A stretch of 59,312 nt of DNA, filler included, from Sphacelaria rigidula (lineage: Eukaryota), in NCBI GenBank assembly GCA_964200075.2. It is 10 parts of 10 records of this genome, joined end to end, with 100 filler letters (N's around TTAATTAATTAA, not from the genome) between each part and the next. Parts side by side here need not be neighbours in the genome. Positions count along the whole stretch, not along the records: positions 47,531 to 53,371 come from CAXNAA020024046.1; positions 53,472 to 59,312 come from CAXNAA020024047.1; 8 more parts are not named here. One strand, written 5' to 3'. Positions 48,386 to 59,312 of this stretch are shown here, in pieces. The notes under the pieces are model-generated. The model was not told the origin of the DNA. It made no database searches and saw only the letters and a list, made by a program, of their open reading frames with translations. Numbering within the stretch: position 1 is the stretch's first letter; the number at the start of each line of letters is the position of its first letter. A program made the translations under genes and the position numbers.

Positions 48386-51240
48386 GTGGAGTCAGAGGAA
48401 GAGCAGAAGTGGCTGAATACAGAGGCGACATGCGACGAAAAAAGGGAGCTCACGAGGCCTCTCCTCCAGAAACACCCGCGGTTTGTAAACCTGATTGATC
48501 CCAACTTGGCGATTGACAGAAAGAGGAGGAACGGTGATAGCGCGATATGCGACAGCACCAGTGAACTTTGGGCAAAACTGTCCGAGCCAGATATCGTCGC
48601 CTCTGAGGGAGGAATGCAGACCCGCAGCTTCGTTTTAGGCGCTATGTGCGGGGAATCCACAACATATGCAGATGCCAAAGATATCATTGGAGGGCTCCTG
48701 AGCCGAGAAGCGTTTTATGGCGCGAAGAGGAGGCGAGAGGACGCCATGGAAAACGGAGAGCCGCACCGCATGTGAGTCACGACGACAGAGGTGGATGAGG
48801 TGGATGTCGACGATGCGTATACGAACAGCATTCCCCCCCACAAGTGCCACGGACAGACACACCCATCACAACATCCACCAATCTGAAGACGGAATACTTT
48901 CATCAACGCTCAGTCGCGATGATGGGTCGACTGCCGAGTATCCCGTGTGTATGAAAATGGAGTCTGACGCGTATCTACCCCCCTCGCGTATTCGGCATCC
49001 ACCTATACCATGCTGCCGTCTCCCAGCGTGTCCGACAGGAAGCCGCGATCAGATCGACAGGAGGTCAAGTGTGCCAACGCACTGGCCTGGATTCAAGAAG
49101 GGGTCACATTTCACACCCAGCCGTCTCCAGGTGAGGTGAAATGGGAGCACGACTATTCACCCGGCAACCACAAACGGTCAGACGCAGACCACTCGCTGGT
49201 GTGCGTTAAACCCGAGCTATGCTCTCGTATGCCTGTTCGGTACTTGATGGGCACGAATCTGAAGCTCTACGACGACATCATGACAGAGATGGAAGAGGCG
49301 GTGAGACAACATGTGCCACACAGGCGTCGCATAGGAGTTTATGCTTAACCATGGCAATTGCTCGACAATATAGACGATCGCATCGTTGTTCATACTAGAC
49401 TCGGGAAAACATTTTCTCTACCCCATCCATGGCTGCGGGACGCTCACACCTCCCACAATGGGCAGGCGATGACATCTCGCTCTAGTGAATGTTTCCATAT
49501 GTGAATCGCGTCCTAACCGTCGATCTCCTGCCCGTCATACACGTAGGAGGTCCCCAGCGAACCCAGATGTGCAGCTAATGTCATGTGCAGTATTGGTGTA
49601 AGAGTATCGACATATGAATACACGCTTGCTTATCCCCTTTCGGAACAACAGGGAGGGAGCGTGAAGTTGGAAGGAGGGAAGATTAGTCTACTTCTGATTT
49701 GTCACCAAACACGGACGTTTTTTCTTCTGCATTGGTGCATCCTCGCTCAGTTTCAAACGGGTGCAGTGGAGGTGGAGAACATCAGCCGAAGAGCCTTCGA
49801 CGACTTGATTCCCTTCTACGTTATCGAGCAGTCCAATCGATCGTGCCTGTGCGCCACCTGCTACAAGGCGAAGCTCATTACCATCGCCCTGTACGACCTG
49901 TGGCATAGGTTTCATCAAGGACTCACCCCCGATTCCGCTTGCACGTGCGAATGCAACCTCTGCAAGGACGGCGGGTGTGTGGATTACCTCCCATACACCT
50001 CACGTAAATCCATCCACGGCATGACAAACTTCAGCGAGAAGCACATGTGCAGTAAGGAGTATCTGTACACCTCGCGTGACGGAATGCGAGTCGAAGCACA
50101 TAAGTCCACGTGCGTAGGCGGTAGCTGCGTCGAATGCACTCGGATGTAAAATGTGTTCTTCGGGTGCCCACGACACAAGGGCGGGACATCGGGAGAGGCT
50201 TTGAAGCAGAACCTCTTTACAAGGGGGGAATCCGCCGGTACCCAGTACGACCCAAGCTTTTCAACATCGGAACAGAAGTCGAAAATATGTTCACGGGACC
50301 GTATTCGTCCCAGGGTGCGGAACTATGGAGGGCCAAGAAAACGTTCAGAGCCAGTGTCACCTCGGTTCAAATAGACCGCAGATCGAGACATCACAGATAC
50401 AAACTGCATTGGGAGGGGAAATTAAGCATTTTCTTGGCTACGGAGGTCGAGTGGATAGTAGACGAAGGATACGTGGAGAAATACAAGGTCAAAACCAGGC
50501 AGTCGGCGTCGGCGAGTCTCCGCGGTGCTGATAACGATTCGAAGTCCGGTGTGTGGAGTAGGATGTGTGTCAAGGAGTTGGTGGTGCGTGGAGTAGGATC
50601 ATCGCTTGATTAATACACGTAAAATTCTACAAAAACGGAAATCATTACCTTCACCGAGGGTGAAGTTCCCCAGAAATGCCAACGAAACACAAGTCGTGCT
50701 TACCGGGAGCCCATCGCCTTGCAAGCAGACCTCCCCAAACGAGCTCACCCTCCTCGCCTGCAACCTTGATTTTGGCTACTAGGTGAACATTTTAGCCGAA
50801 AAAGTGCAACCCTATCGTAGCACGACTCGTGATATGTTGGAGTGCGACCAGCATAATCAAGGGCCCATGCACCCGTGACGAGGTTGATCTATTTCCTGCC
50901 ATGCGTTCCTCCCATACTATCGCCCATCGTAGGGCTGGTGGTGTGTCGAGTGGTCCATTGCAGCGGTATGTATGCTCGAACCTGGCAAAATCCGCACGGA
51001 TATTAGATATCATTGACTTCTCTAGAACGCGTTGTCACAATATTCCATGATATCCCATTTTTATATCCTGATTTGGTATGTGCTCGTCCCCGGGATAGTG
51101 AAAAGCTACTTCTCTCCTCATGCCCGTCAGTGACGATCAGCTTGACGCCATATATTTTCTGCTGGACACGGGCTCGAGGCACCACAGTGAGAACATCATG
51201 GACAATCAATCGCTCTTTTATGGACAAATTGTTGACATAG
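48386..51240 (+). mobile_element. Decayed intron-containing DNA transposase, Sola2-like
   Basis: Ordered motifs RKPRSD...F..QPSPG...RYLM....KLY, phase-0 intron 49301-49750, ISRRAFDDLIPFYV....NRSCLCATC, Cys-rich region, IAHR...Q...CSNL...ILDIIDFS(EN) with a 1-nt deletion near 51023. In-frame TAA at 50147-50149. Motif order fits Sola2 transposases as recalled; the later catalytic residues are not visible. Confidence 0.65.
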
Positions 51241-51956
51241 TTCCCGCCTTTTCTTCTGACCATGGTGAAGTTTGACGCCGTCCGTCGCCCGCAGCTAACC
51301 AGGGATGGGCGGCATGTGCAACCGCGGACGCACTTCCTACTCCTCCCCAAAATTACACATCAGCAGCATCGTGCGGTACTCTTGGGGGCTTTTTGATATC
51401 CAACGGCTAGGGTCTTATAACCTCATTTCATTTATGAACCTCATTTTGTAGAATCCCCTGTTATATGTTGTTGCTTCAATATCTCCGAGGACATCTCAAC
51501 ACAATATATAGTGAAAGAACAATATTTGCGCTGGCTCCAATACAAAGTATTGATATCATATTGGAACATATTATGTTGTCCAGGGTATCAGCAACACAGC
51601 CCCGGTGACCACAGGGGTACCAAAAGGCGCACATCGACCCGCGTTTTCTGTCGTCGTGATGTTTAGCCAAGATATTTCTATTACTTGCTGGAAACAGGAT
51701 GGACGGCCCCGCACCGGTGACCAGATAGGTATGAGGAGGAACATATACCGGATCGCCTCTTTTGTCACCATATTTTCCAACCAGTATACATATATATATA
51801 TATATATATATGTACAGATCAAACGCATTCGACAACTTTCCGCAGTAATGCACGCGAAATTCTGCGGCTCCCTTTAAAGCCTTTTCCAATCTGCACGGGC
51901 TCCGGCATCCATCGCGTCTGGATCCCTCCTAGAGCGTACACGATACTTATACTATC

Positions 51957-52279
51957 TAATATGTATTGACCGGCCAATAAATTGTCACCCACGCAGACCC
52001 AATATGTATTGACCGGTCAATATGTTTTCATTAATGCAACCCTAATATATATATTGGTCGTGCAATATGTTGTCGCCCACGATGCCTCAATATATATTGA
52101 CGGGACAATATATGTTCAACCCAATAGTACCAATATATATTGGGCGGGCAATATGTATGCAGTCCCACGACATCAATATATATTGGGCGCACAATACATG
52201 TGCAGTCTAAGGGTACCAATATATATTACACCGGCAATATATCGCAAAATTCCAATATGATCGACTAATATATATATTG
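51957..52279 (+). repeat. Phased 43-bp array: CAATATATATTG-N6-CAATAT-N19
   Basis: Unit starts at 51957, 52000, 52043, 52088, 52131, 52174 and 52217, with a last palindrome at 52266. Confidence 0.9.
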
Positions 52280-53510
52280 GAAACATAATGTATTGTCCAG
52301 GGTGTACAATTTTCGAAAAATTGGCGTCCGGGAGGGACGGGGAAGGGGGGGGGGCTCTGTGTCCGAATTCTTTCTCTCGACAGGCCCTTGATAAACCCTG
52401 AACTTTCAAGCATTATTTGCCAGTACAATACGCAGTACATGTTTTTACAATGGAAACTATTGTCCAGAATGTGGATTGCTGGCCCAGCACGTACCTGTTT
52501 TCCAAATTACCCGTCTTGTGGTTGCTAATGGGGAAGAATTCGCTGTCCCGCGCAGAGGATGTATTCTCTCGTCTCAGCGAAGGCTCTCTCTCTCGAGTGG
52601 CCACTTGTATGAGGTGGGGTGACGGTAAGTCAGCTGTGTTTCATTCGTCGCGTATTTCGTAGACGATGTACCTGACCTCGAACAACGTCTTTTCCCCTCG
52701 ATCCTTTCCTCCTCTTGCGCTGTGTTCAACCACATTTCTCCTGTAAACAGTGGCGCTAAATCGTTTTCGGACGGGGCACACGGAGCGGACCGAGCCTGGC
52801 GCGTGGTGTTGCTATACATCTGTTTTGAGATATATTTTCGAAATTGACATTTGTCAAGTAGTGGTTGAGCAGCATAAATATTCATCGTGCTGCCGTCCCG
52901 CGGGTTCGATTCATGCATGTCATCTGCCCGGGATGTAGTGGGGCAAGGGGACCGACGCGTGACACACCTGGTATTGCACAGATTGTACCTCAATTTCGTA
53001 GCCCTCCGGCTTTCGTGGGTTGACGGCGAGGGGGGGTGGTTGTGTTGTGTATTCCTCTTCGATATCAAGATGCATGGGAGGGACTTTAACACTCCTTGTT
53101 TTTTTTTCCTGTCGAAGATCAAGATGGGGTGGGGGGTGTAGAACTCATGGTTGATGGCCACGCTATTTAGTACGTATATATATATATATATATATGGCAG
53201 AGGCGTCGCACACCACGGTTCTCAACGGTTTCAATGGGTCTACGGGATGGTCTTCGTACGGGTTGCGAATTGTTGGCAGTATTATTCATAGTATCGTACT
53301 GAGGCCGGCGCTTAGTCCTTTTCTTTGAGGGGGGGGGGGGGGGCGTCCTCTTTTGTTGCTTGCCTTAGTCANNNNNNNNNNNNNNNNNNNNNNNNNNNNN
53401 NNNNNNNNNNNNNNNTTAATTAATTAANNNNNNNNNNNNNNNNNNNNNNNNNNNNNNNNNNNNNNNNNNNNGAGAGAGGGGGGTTGAGGAGCCGACGGGG
53501 GGGGTGGGGG

Positions 53511-53563
<53 letters not shown>

Positions 53564-54096
53564 TGGAGGTACTCATTTGTTGCTTGTCTTGAGTCATTTG
53601 GCCAATGCGTGTGGGAAGGTAGGGGAGGAGAGGGGCTGCGCAATCAAAGGAGCGAGCGGGCGAATGAGAGAGGGGGGGAGAAACCCGTGGATACGACCAT
53701 ACACGCACGAAGACCTTAACTTAAGCGTCTACTGACCGGGCAAAGAATGGTGCGCTCCATCAGTCCGATATTGCAACACACACACACATACACCGCCAGT
53801 CTTCCTCCCGACAATGCCCTCCCTGTGCCCTCCCCTCCCCCCTTACCTCCCCAAAATACGGACTGGATGCAGAAACTACGTCGCCAGCACCTGATGGATG
53901 ATGACAAACTACAGACCAACCAGACTACAGCGCAAAAAGGAAGAGCAGTAATACGCAACACACAACACACAACCACCATGCTGGCGTCGTGGCGTGTTCC
54001 ATTACGCATATACAGCACTCGAACGACCCGAGCGTACGGCAAACACATGCAGAAACAAATTAAACAATGCACAACGACGCAAAAAAAAAAACATAC

Positions 54097-57000
54097 CCGC
54101 CGAGGGTGCTTGAACACGTCCGGATTCTTCACCACGAACACCACCCCATGGGACATCTTCATCTCCATGCGGTACACGCCTCCCGGCACCGCTCGCAGCC
54201 CCAGCTTGTTCATCGCCTGGCGGCTCTTCCTCTCCGCCCGATTCGGCGTAGGATGCACCGGGATCTCGTCGTAGTACTCTTCCTCTTCCTCAGCCTCCCG
54301 ATTCCCCCGGCCCCCAACCGCGCTCTCCGGACTGCCGTCAAGACGTCCGTCACCAAGGGAATACACGTCTTCAACGGCGTAGCGCTTATCAACGTGAAGC
54401 CTTCCAGCAGACGGAGTGACACGTTCAGCAGGAAAACTGCCGTTTTTCTCCCCGGCACCCACAGGACCACTTCGACCTTCAAGCATTTCGGTGAAACTGT
54501 CATCCTTACGGTGACGCTCGGCGTCGACATCATCTGCAGTACAGGGCTCAGCAGCAGCAGCAATAGCAGTAGCTGGAGCCGCCAAACTCGCCCTCGCATC
54601 CTCCTTCTCAGCCCCGTCGCCCACGCAAACTGACGCTAGCCGGACGGTATCAGTCACACCCGGTGAAGATGACACGTCGCCGCCAGGGGCATCATCCATC
54701 GGCACATCATCATCACCATCACGTTTTTTGCCTGACGACCTCGGCACGGTGGACGTCGGAGCTGCTCCTGATGCCGCCGACGCTGCGGTTGTTGGTGCTG
54801 GTATTGCTGTCGCTTCTGCTGGCCTTCCGACCAAAAACGGGGCCGTTTTCGCGGTAGTTGTGTTCAACGGCGGGGACAGCGATTGCTCATCGGGCGAGCA
54901 CGGTTCCGTGGAAACTTCCTCGGAATGTTCTGATTCTTGCACGGGCATATTTCCAGCCGGCATCGGCGTAGTCGTTACCTGTGCAGCGCTCTACGAAAAA
55001 AGGCGGAGACGGAAAGTGTTCGAAAATCGATGCGAACGGGAGGCAACGGGGGCATCGGTGACCAGATGGTGCAAAAAAAGGGGGGGGGGGGGGGCAGAGA
55101 CGTTCATAATTTTTCCTTTAATCTGCTCCCACATTCAGCGCCGCAGGGGTCAGCGGGTCCCAGCTTCATCGAGATGGCAGCAGCCGCACAACGGAGACAT
55201 GAAAAGAGTCGCACGGACGTACGGTGTGTATGTACGGTAAAAAGTAGTGACCTCGCTCATACACCATCGTGTTGCAGATCAAGAGGGAGCGATTTTTTTT
55301 ATTATTATACATAAATATATTTTTTACTTGTCGCACTCTAAACCCCCACCCTTCCTCGGGATGAGTCCGTGGTCTCAAGGGATCAATCAACCCATCTCTC
55401 CCCCGGTACACGCCTTGCATTTTGGTCTCGCGGATTGGATCATGACTAACACTCCCGCACCGCGTCAACTTTCATCGAACAAACTCAGACCACTGCTCTA
55501 GCGACCTACCGAAGGTCTTCGCTCTCGAACACGACCATACGCAGCAGACATTTTTTCGGGCATCAACAGCAAAGCACGACAGGCTTTCCCAAACACTGAT
55601 CCGGGCCTCCAACCAAGCGCAAACACACAGACAACTGCTCACCGTTTTCATTGGCGTGCTCTTTCCGGGATCGGCGCGGAGAGGTTTGTTGCTGGTAGGC
55701 GAAGAAGGAGCAAGGGCACCGGCCTTCGACGGGGGGTCCTCTCGCACGCGTTGTGCAGGGAGAGCATTATCGGCCAGAGGGTCCCCGAAGTGCCGCTAAA
55801 TTGTATGCGAAAACAGATGAAAGATCACGTATTTAATGCGGCGGGAGGGGGAAGGAGTATTGATTTTTATTGTACTTTTCAATCTATTTCTTCCTTACTT
55901 CAGCCGCGGTCGACCAGACAGTCTTCCGGAATCATACAGCAACCCAATATCAAGAGTTGAGCAAAAGGGGGCGCGTCGTCTGTGTTTGCATCGAAGAACA
56001 GGACCCCAAAAGGATTTACATTCCATCGACCTCTCATTCCCCCGTATAGGTGCACACAACAGTGAGCTCGCTCACGCGTCCGATCCGGAACCCAGCATAC
56101 CTGTACACCGATATCTCCTAATACAGGACTCTCAAAGGATCGTAGAGCTTTGATGCATACCCAAAGGGTCCGAGCCAGACTCGTGGGGACTCGGGTTTCG
56201 GTTGAGGCAACGAACCATCATTTCTCTCGAGTGACCCCTCGGAAAGCGTTTCAGTGGGAGTCATGACTCATTGCATATCTGACCAAGATACATCCGAGTT
56301 CTTGTATGAGAAAAATCCCACACCCTGGATAATGACAGTAGAATACGCAGTCAAGAAGTGCACAATGTACCGTATCAACCACTACTCCTATTGCAGCAGA
56401 CAATGATTCCATACTGTACGCAGTACATTTTTTCAAGGGTAGGTCGAGTAGAGTATACTCAATTGCGGGGTATTTTGAAAGACGTACTTGTGGTACGCAA
56501 ATTAGGGTAGAGTGTTGGGAGTCGTACCTGAAATATAACTGGAAAGCGATTCCTAAAACCCTACTCCCAATTTATGTACTTCACGTACGACTTTCAAAAT
56601 ACCCCGCAATTGAGTATACTCTACTCGACCTACCCTTGCATTTTCTACAGTAGAACATTTTCTCCAGCGTGTGAAAAAAATCGTTTCTGACGTACACTGG
56701 GGTATTATTCCCTCTTCATGTTTGAACCCGCACAACCGTTCATCTTCTCATCATGTGGAGAATGACCACGACTAGACCATGACTCCTGGGGGATCAGATA
56801 GAGTATCGCAATCAATCAATCGAATCAACTACATGTACACATTCTTTTTTCCTCCTTGTGTTGAATTTACTGGCAGATCTGGATACGTTTTTTTTTCAAC
56901 TCATGCTGATCAACTCGGGGACAGACTTTCCTCCTCTGTTTCCTCAACGTCTCTCTTTCTCTTGTTTATTTTGTGTCATTTCGTCTGTTTTCGGAGTCCT

Positions 57001-58525
57001 AGAAAAAGCATCGAGAGCAAAAACGAGCCGACGCCTGTGACCGCGGGTTGGAGAGGTCGGGCTAACGTGCGGAAATGATAATCGCAATTACCCGAAAAAT
57101 TTGAAGTATACAGCGGTAGGCCGGTCGCCCCGGTGGCTCAGTTGGTATCCTCGAAACCTTCTGACGGTTGGGTCGTGGGTACGCGTCTCGGTGAAAGTCA
57201 CACGATCTGGCATCTTTTTCTCACATCATGTCCAACAGTGGAGAGCGACTACCGGAATATGTCGTGGGTACACCAAACTCGACTCCACGGCCGACGATGG
57301 AAAGGAACCGCTGGGCCTTTCTAGCGCCAAAAAAAATGAAAAGCATCGCAATAAGGAGATGGAGTACAAGAACAATACGAAAGACTCCTAAATGGATTAT
57401 CCTTTGGGACCCGGGCTGATGTGCTCACATATGCCGAAAAGGAAGGTTAGGCTGGCCATTTCCCTTCTCTTCTTTTCTTTTCTTTATTCCTTTTTCTGTC
57501 TCAAGTCTACTCTGTTGTTCTGTTCTACGATTTTTGCTGCCTCTTTCTTCTTCAGCGAGTGTTTCAGTTTTGACCCTGTCTCGGGTACGTCCATCGTGTG
57601 ACCACGCCTGGATCCATGGTGGGTCAGTTAAAGTGCGACAATCAATCAGTAAAAAAAATCAAGGTGTGGACTGGCGTCCAGGATACACAGGATGACAAGA
57701 TGATACAGAGTACGCCACGGCCCTCTGGGTATCAATTATACATTCAGGGTACCCGGGGGGTATACCCTACTCTACCCCGGGGGTATACCCCACCCTAACT
57801 AACCACTCTAGCAACACGTCGAGGGTCGGAAAAATCATCGTTGGTTCGATTCACCTGATTTACGATTTCTTAGCCCTGGTTGCTCGAAAAAGAAAAGAAA
57901 AACGTTGATCGCAGGTCGAAAAAACAATCTCAACGCCATTCCTGCGCTAGTCGACATTGTTGACTGCGGTGCGTGTACCTGGCGTGCAGTGCAAACGCTG
58001 AAAGACAAAGCTCGAGGATTGATTGTTGTACGATATGAAACAATTACATCAAACAGCACCTGATTTTGCAGATAAATTATACTGTTCGTTCGACCCTTGT
58101 AACACTTCAAGGGCGTGACGGGTAGCGTATACCCGATATTGTTGATGTTTTGAAAGTGGAGGCCTGACCCATGCCCACAGCAACAGCAGCCAGCCCAGTG
58201 ATGTTGTTCTTCTTTCCAAAGCCAATACAAGTCATTGTGACTGACTCAAGCCGGTGATTCGCGACTTTCAAAATACCAAAATATCGGGCATACCCGATAT
58301 TGCCCGACCTGTCCTTGCATCACTTACCCCGCCGCCGCGAGGAGTGCCGGTTCTCCTTCCTCCTTCGTGGTGGGTATCGTCGTCCTCTTCTTCCACCTTA
58401 CTCATCATCGCATCCCGTGGAGGGAAGCGGTTACCGGCCGCATAGTGTCTGTCCGCCGACATGAACGCCTCCTCCTCATCCGTCTCCTCCCTGCCGCCGT
58501 CCATCAGCTCGTCCAAGAACGAGCG
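54097..58525 (-). CDS. NAC-domain (alpha-NAC-like) protein with a long acidic low-complexity N-terminal region; exons 58525-58328, 55795-55643, 54978-54097 (partial at both ends)
   Basis: NRAERKSRQAMNKLGLRAVPGGVYRMEMKMSHGVVFVVKNPDVFKHP matches the alpha-NAC domain (SRSEKKARKAMSKLGL..V.GV.RV.....NILFVI.KPDVYKSP). All three exons have canonical AG/GT borders and phase 0. Confidence 0.82.
55325..55470 (-). mobile_element. SINE family A 3' half, intronic
   Basis: Reverse complement matches 44650-44790 and 1-70. Confidence 0.75.
56434..56638. mobile_element. 205-bp fold-back MITE with hAT-like ends
   Basis: Perfect 48-bp TIR CAAGGGTAGGTCGAGTAGAGTATACTCAATTGCGGGGTATTTTGAAAG with further imperfect pairing inward. 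8-bp flanks CATTTTTT / CATTTTCT. Confidence 0.88.
57119..57345 (+). mobile_element. SINE family B, 5' two-thirds
   Basis: GCCGGTCGCCCCGGTGGCTCAGTTGGTATCCTCGAAACCTTCTGACGGTTGG..., colinear with the reverse complement of 17300-17545. Confidence 0.75.
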
Positions 58526-58634
58526 CTGGACAAACGAACGAGAAGCGAACACAAGGATAGCAACAACAATGATATCAAACAAAAATTATACCCACGGTAC
58601 AAAACTTACACAGCGGTATGATGGTATATATGAA

Positions 58635-58671
<37 letters not shown>

Positions 58672-58688
58672 GTATATGAGTGTATGTA

Positions 58689-59242
58689 ACAGTCTGGGCC
58701 GAAATAAAAGCAGGATTTAGACATGCGGAGGAATAACTTTGGCAGTTGCAACCTTTTGGTCGATCGGTTTTTTTCACCGTTTCTCCTGGCGTTCTCACGG
58801 GACTGTCAAATCCGTTGCTTTTTCAAAACAGCACAGTCCTGCACGCGACAACAGCACCCGAAGCAGGGGTAGGCAGAACTCTCGTGCGGCAATCACCGTA
58901 AAAACGCCTTCCGGCCTGCTTATGGACGTGTCCGTTGCTAGAGGCACAGCTGAGAGGGTGTTTAGAAAGAATCTCAATGAAAATGAGAGACGCGCGTTGA
59001 TCGAGGAGCTCCTCAAGGGCGGCAACAGAGGGTGAAAAATGCACGCCTAACAGCAAAAATGATATCTGCGTATAAACCCTAGGGGTTTTTCCCTCCGACC
59101 CCTGTGCTCCGAGGGTCACTTGCATAACTTCTACGCTTGTAGAACTGCTCTATAGTCATTTATTTTATCGTAGGGCGGTCCATCCATATCATGTTTTTAT
59201 ATCAGTTTTTCCAAATCCTGCTTATATTTCGGCCAAGAATGG
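58689..59242 (+). mobile_element. Internally deleted Tc1/mariner element (plant-mariner/DD39D-like), 554 bp
   Basis: 30-bp TIRs ACAGTCTGGGCCGAAATAAAAGCAGGATTT and (reverse complement) CCATTCTTGGCCGAAATATAAGCAGGATTT, with TA on both sides. Internal RKNLNENERRALIEELLKGGNRG resembles the N-terminus of plant/oomycete mariner transposases. Sits between (TGTATG)n and (TATG)n tracts. Confidence 0.78.
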
Positions 59243-59312
59243 TATGTATGTATGTATGTATGTATGTATGTATGTATGTATGTATGTATGTATGTATGTA
59301 TGTATGTATGTA

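Noticed and set aside
51957..52279. CRISPR array
   Set aside because: Eukaryotic context with no cas genes. The conserved part is split and AT-only, and the 19-bp spacers are partly related to each other.
53497..53562. Very long G-run as a G-quadruplex element or poly-Pro/Gly ORF (also 23573-23666)
   Set aside because: Located at contig edges where homopolymer length is unreliable. The 53497 run adjoins a LINE tail.

Overview
Eukaryotic, intron-rich and repeat-rich DNA. It is most likely from a brown alga; this is inferred from exon/intron style and repeat content, not proven. The window is not a contiguous locus. It is ten separate contigs of 5841-5842 bp joined by artificial 100-bp N44-TTAATTAATTAA-N44 linkers. 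Host gene fragments, reconstructed by hand from splice sites and reading phase: a DCAF4/WDR21-like WD40 gene, an extended-PHD plus PHD-finger gene, a four-exon gene of unknown function, neurochondrin head-to-head with an Mx/dynamin-like GTPase, and a NAC-domain gene with a long acidic N-terminus. Most of the remaining identifiable sequence is mobile DNA: two Gypsy integrase remnants, two tRNA-derived SINE families, MITEs resembling mariner/Stowaway, hAT, Sola2 and Harbinger, and a decayed intron-containing Sola2-like transposase. Three signals stand out. (1) An abundant LINE family ends in poly(C) rather than poly(A), and its target-site duplications begin inside C-runs. (2) A strictly phased 43-bp array of palindromic motifs with variable spacers lies next to the Sola2-like element. 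(3) A Gypsy integrase carries a chromodomain followed by a PWWP-like module.
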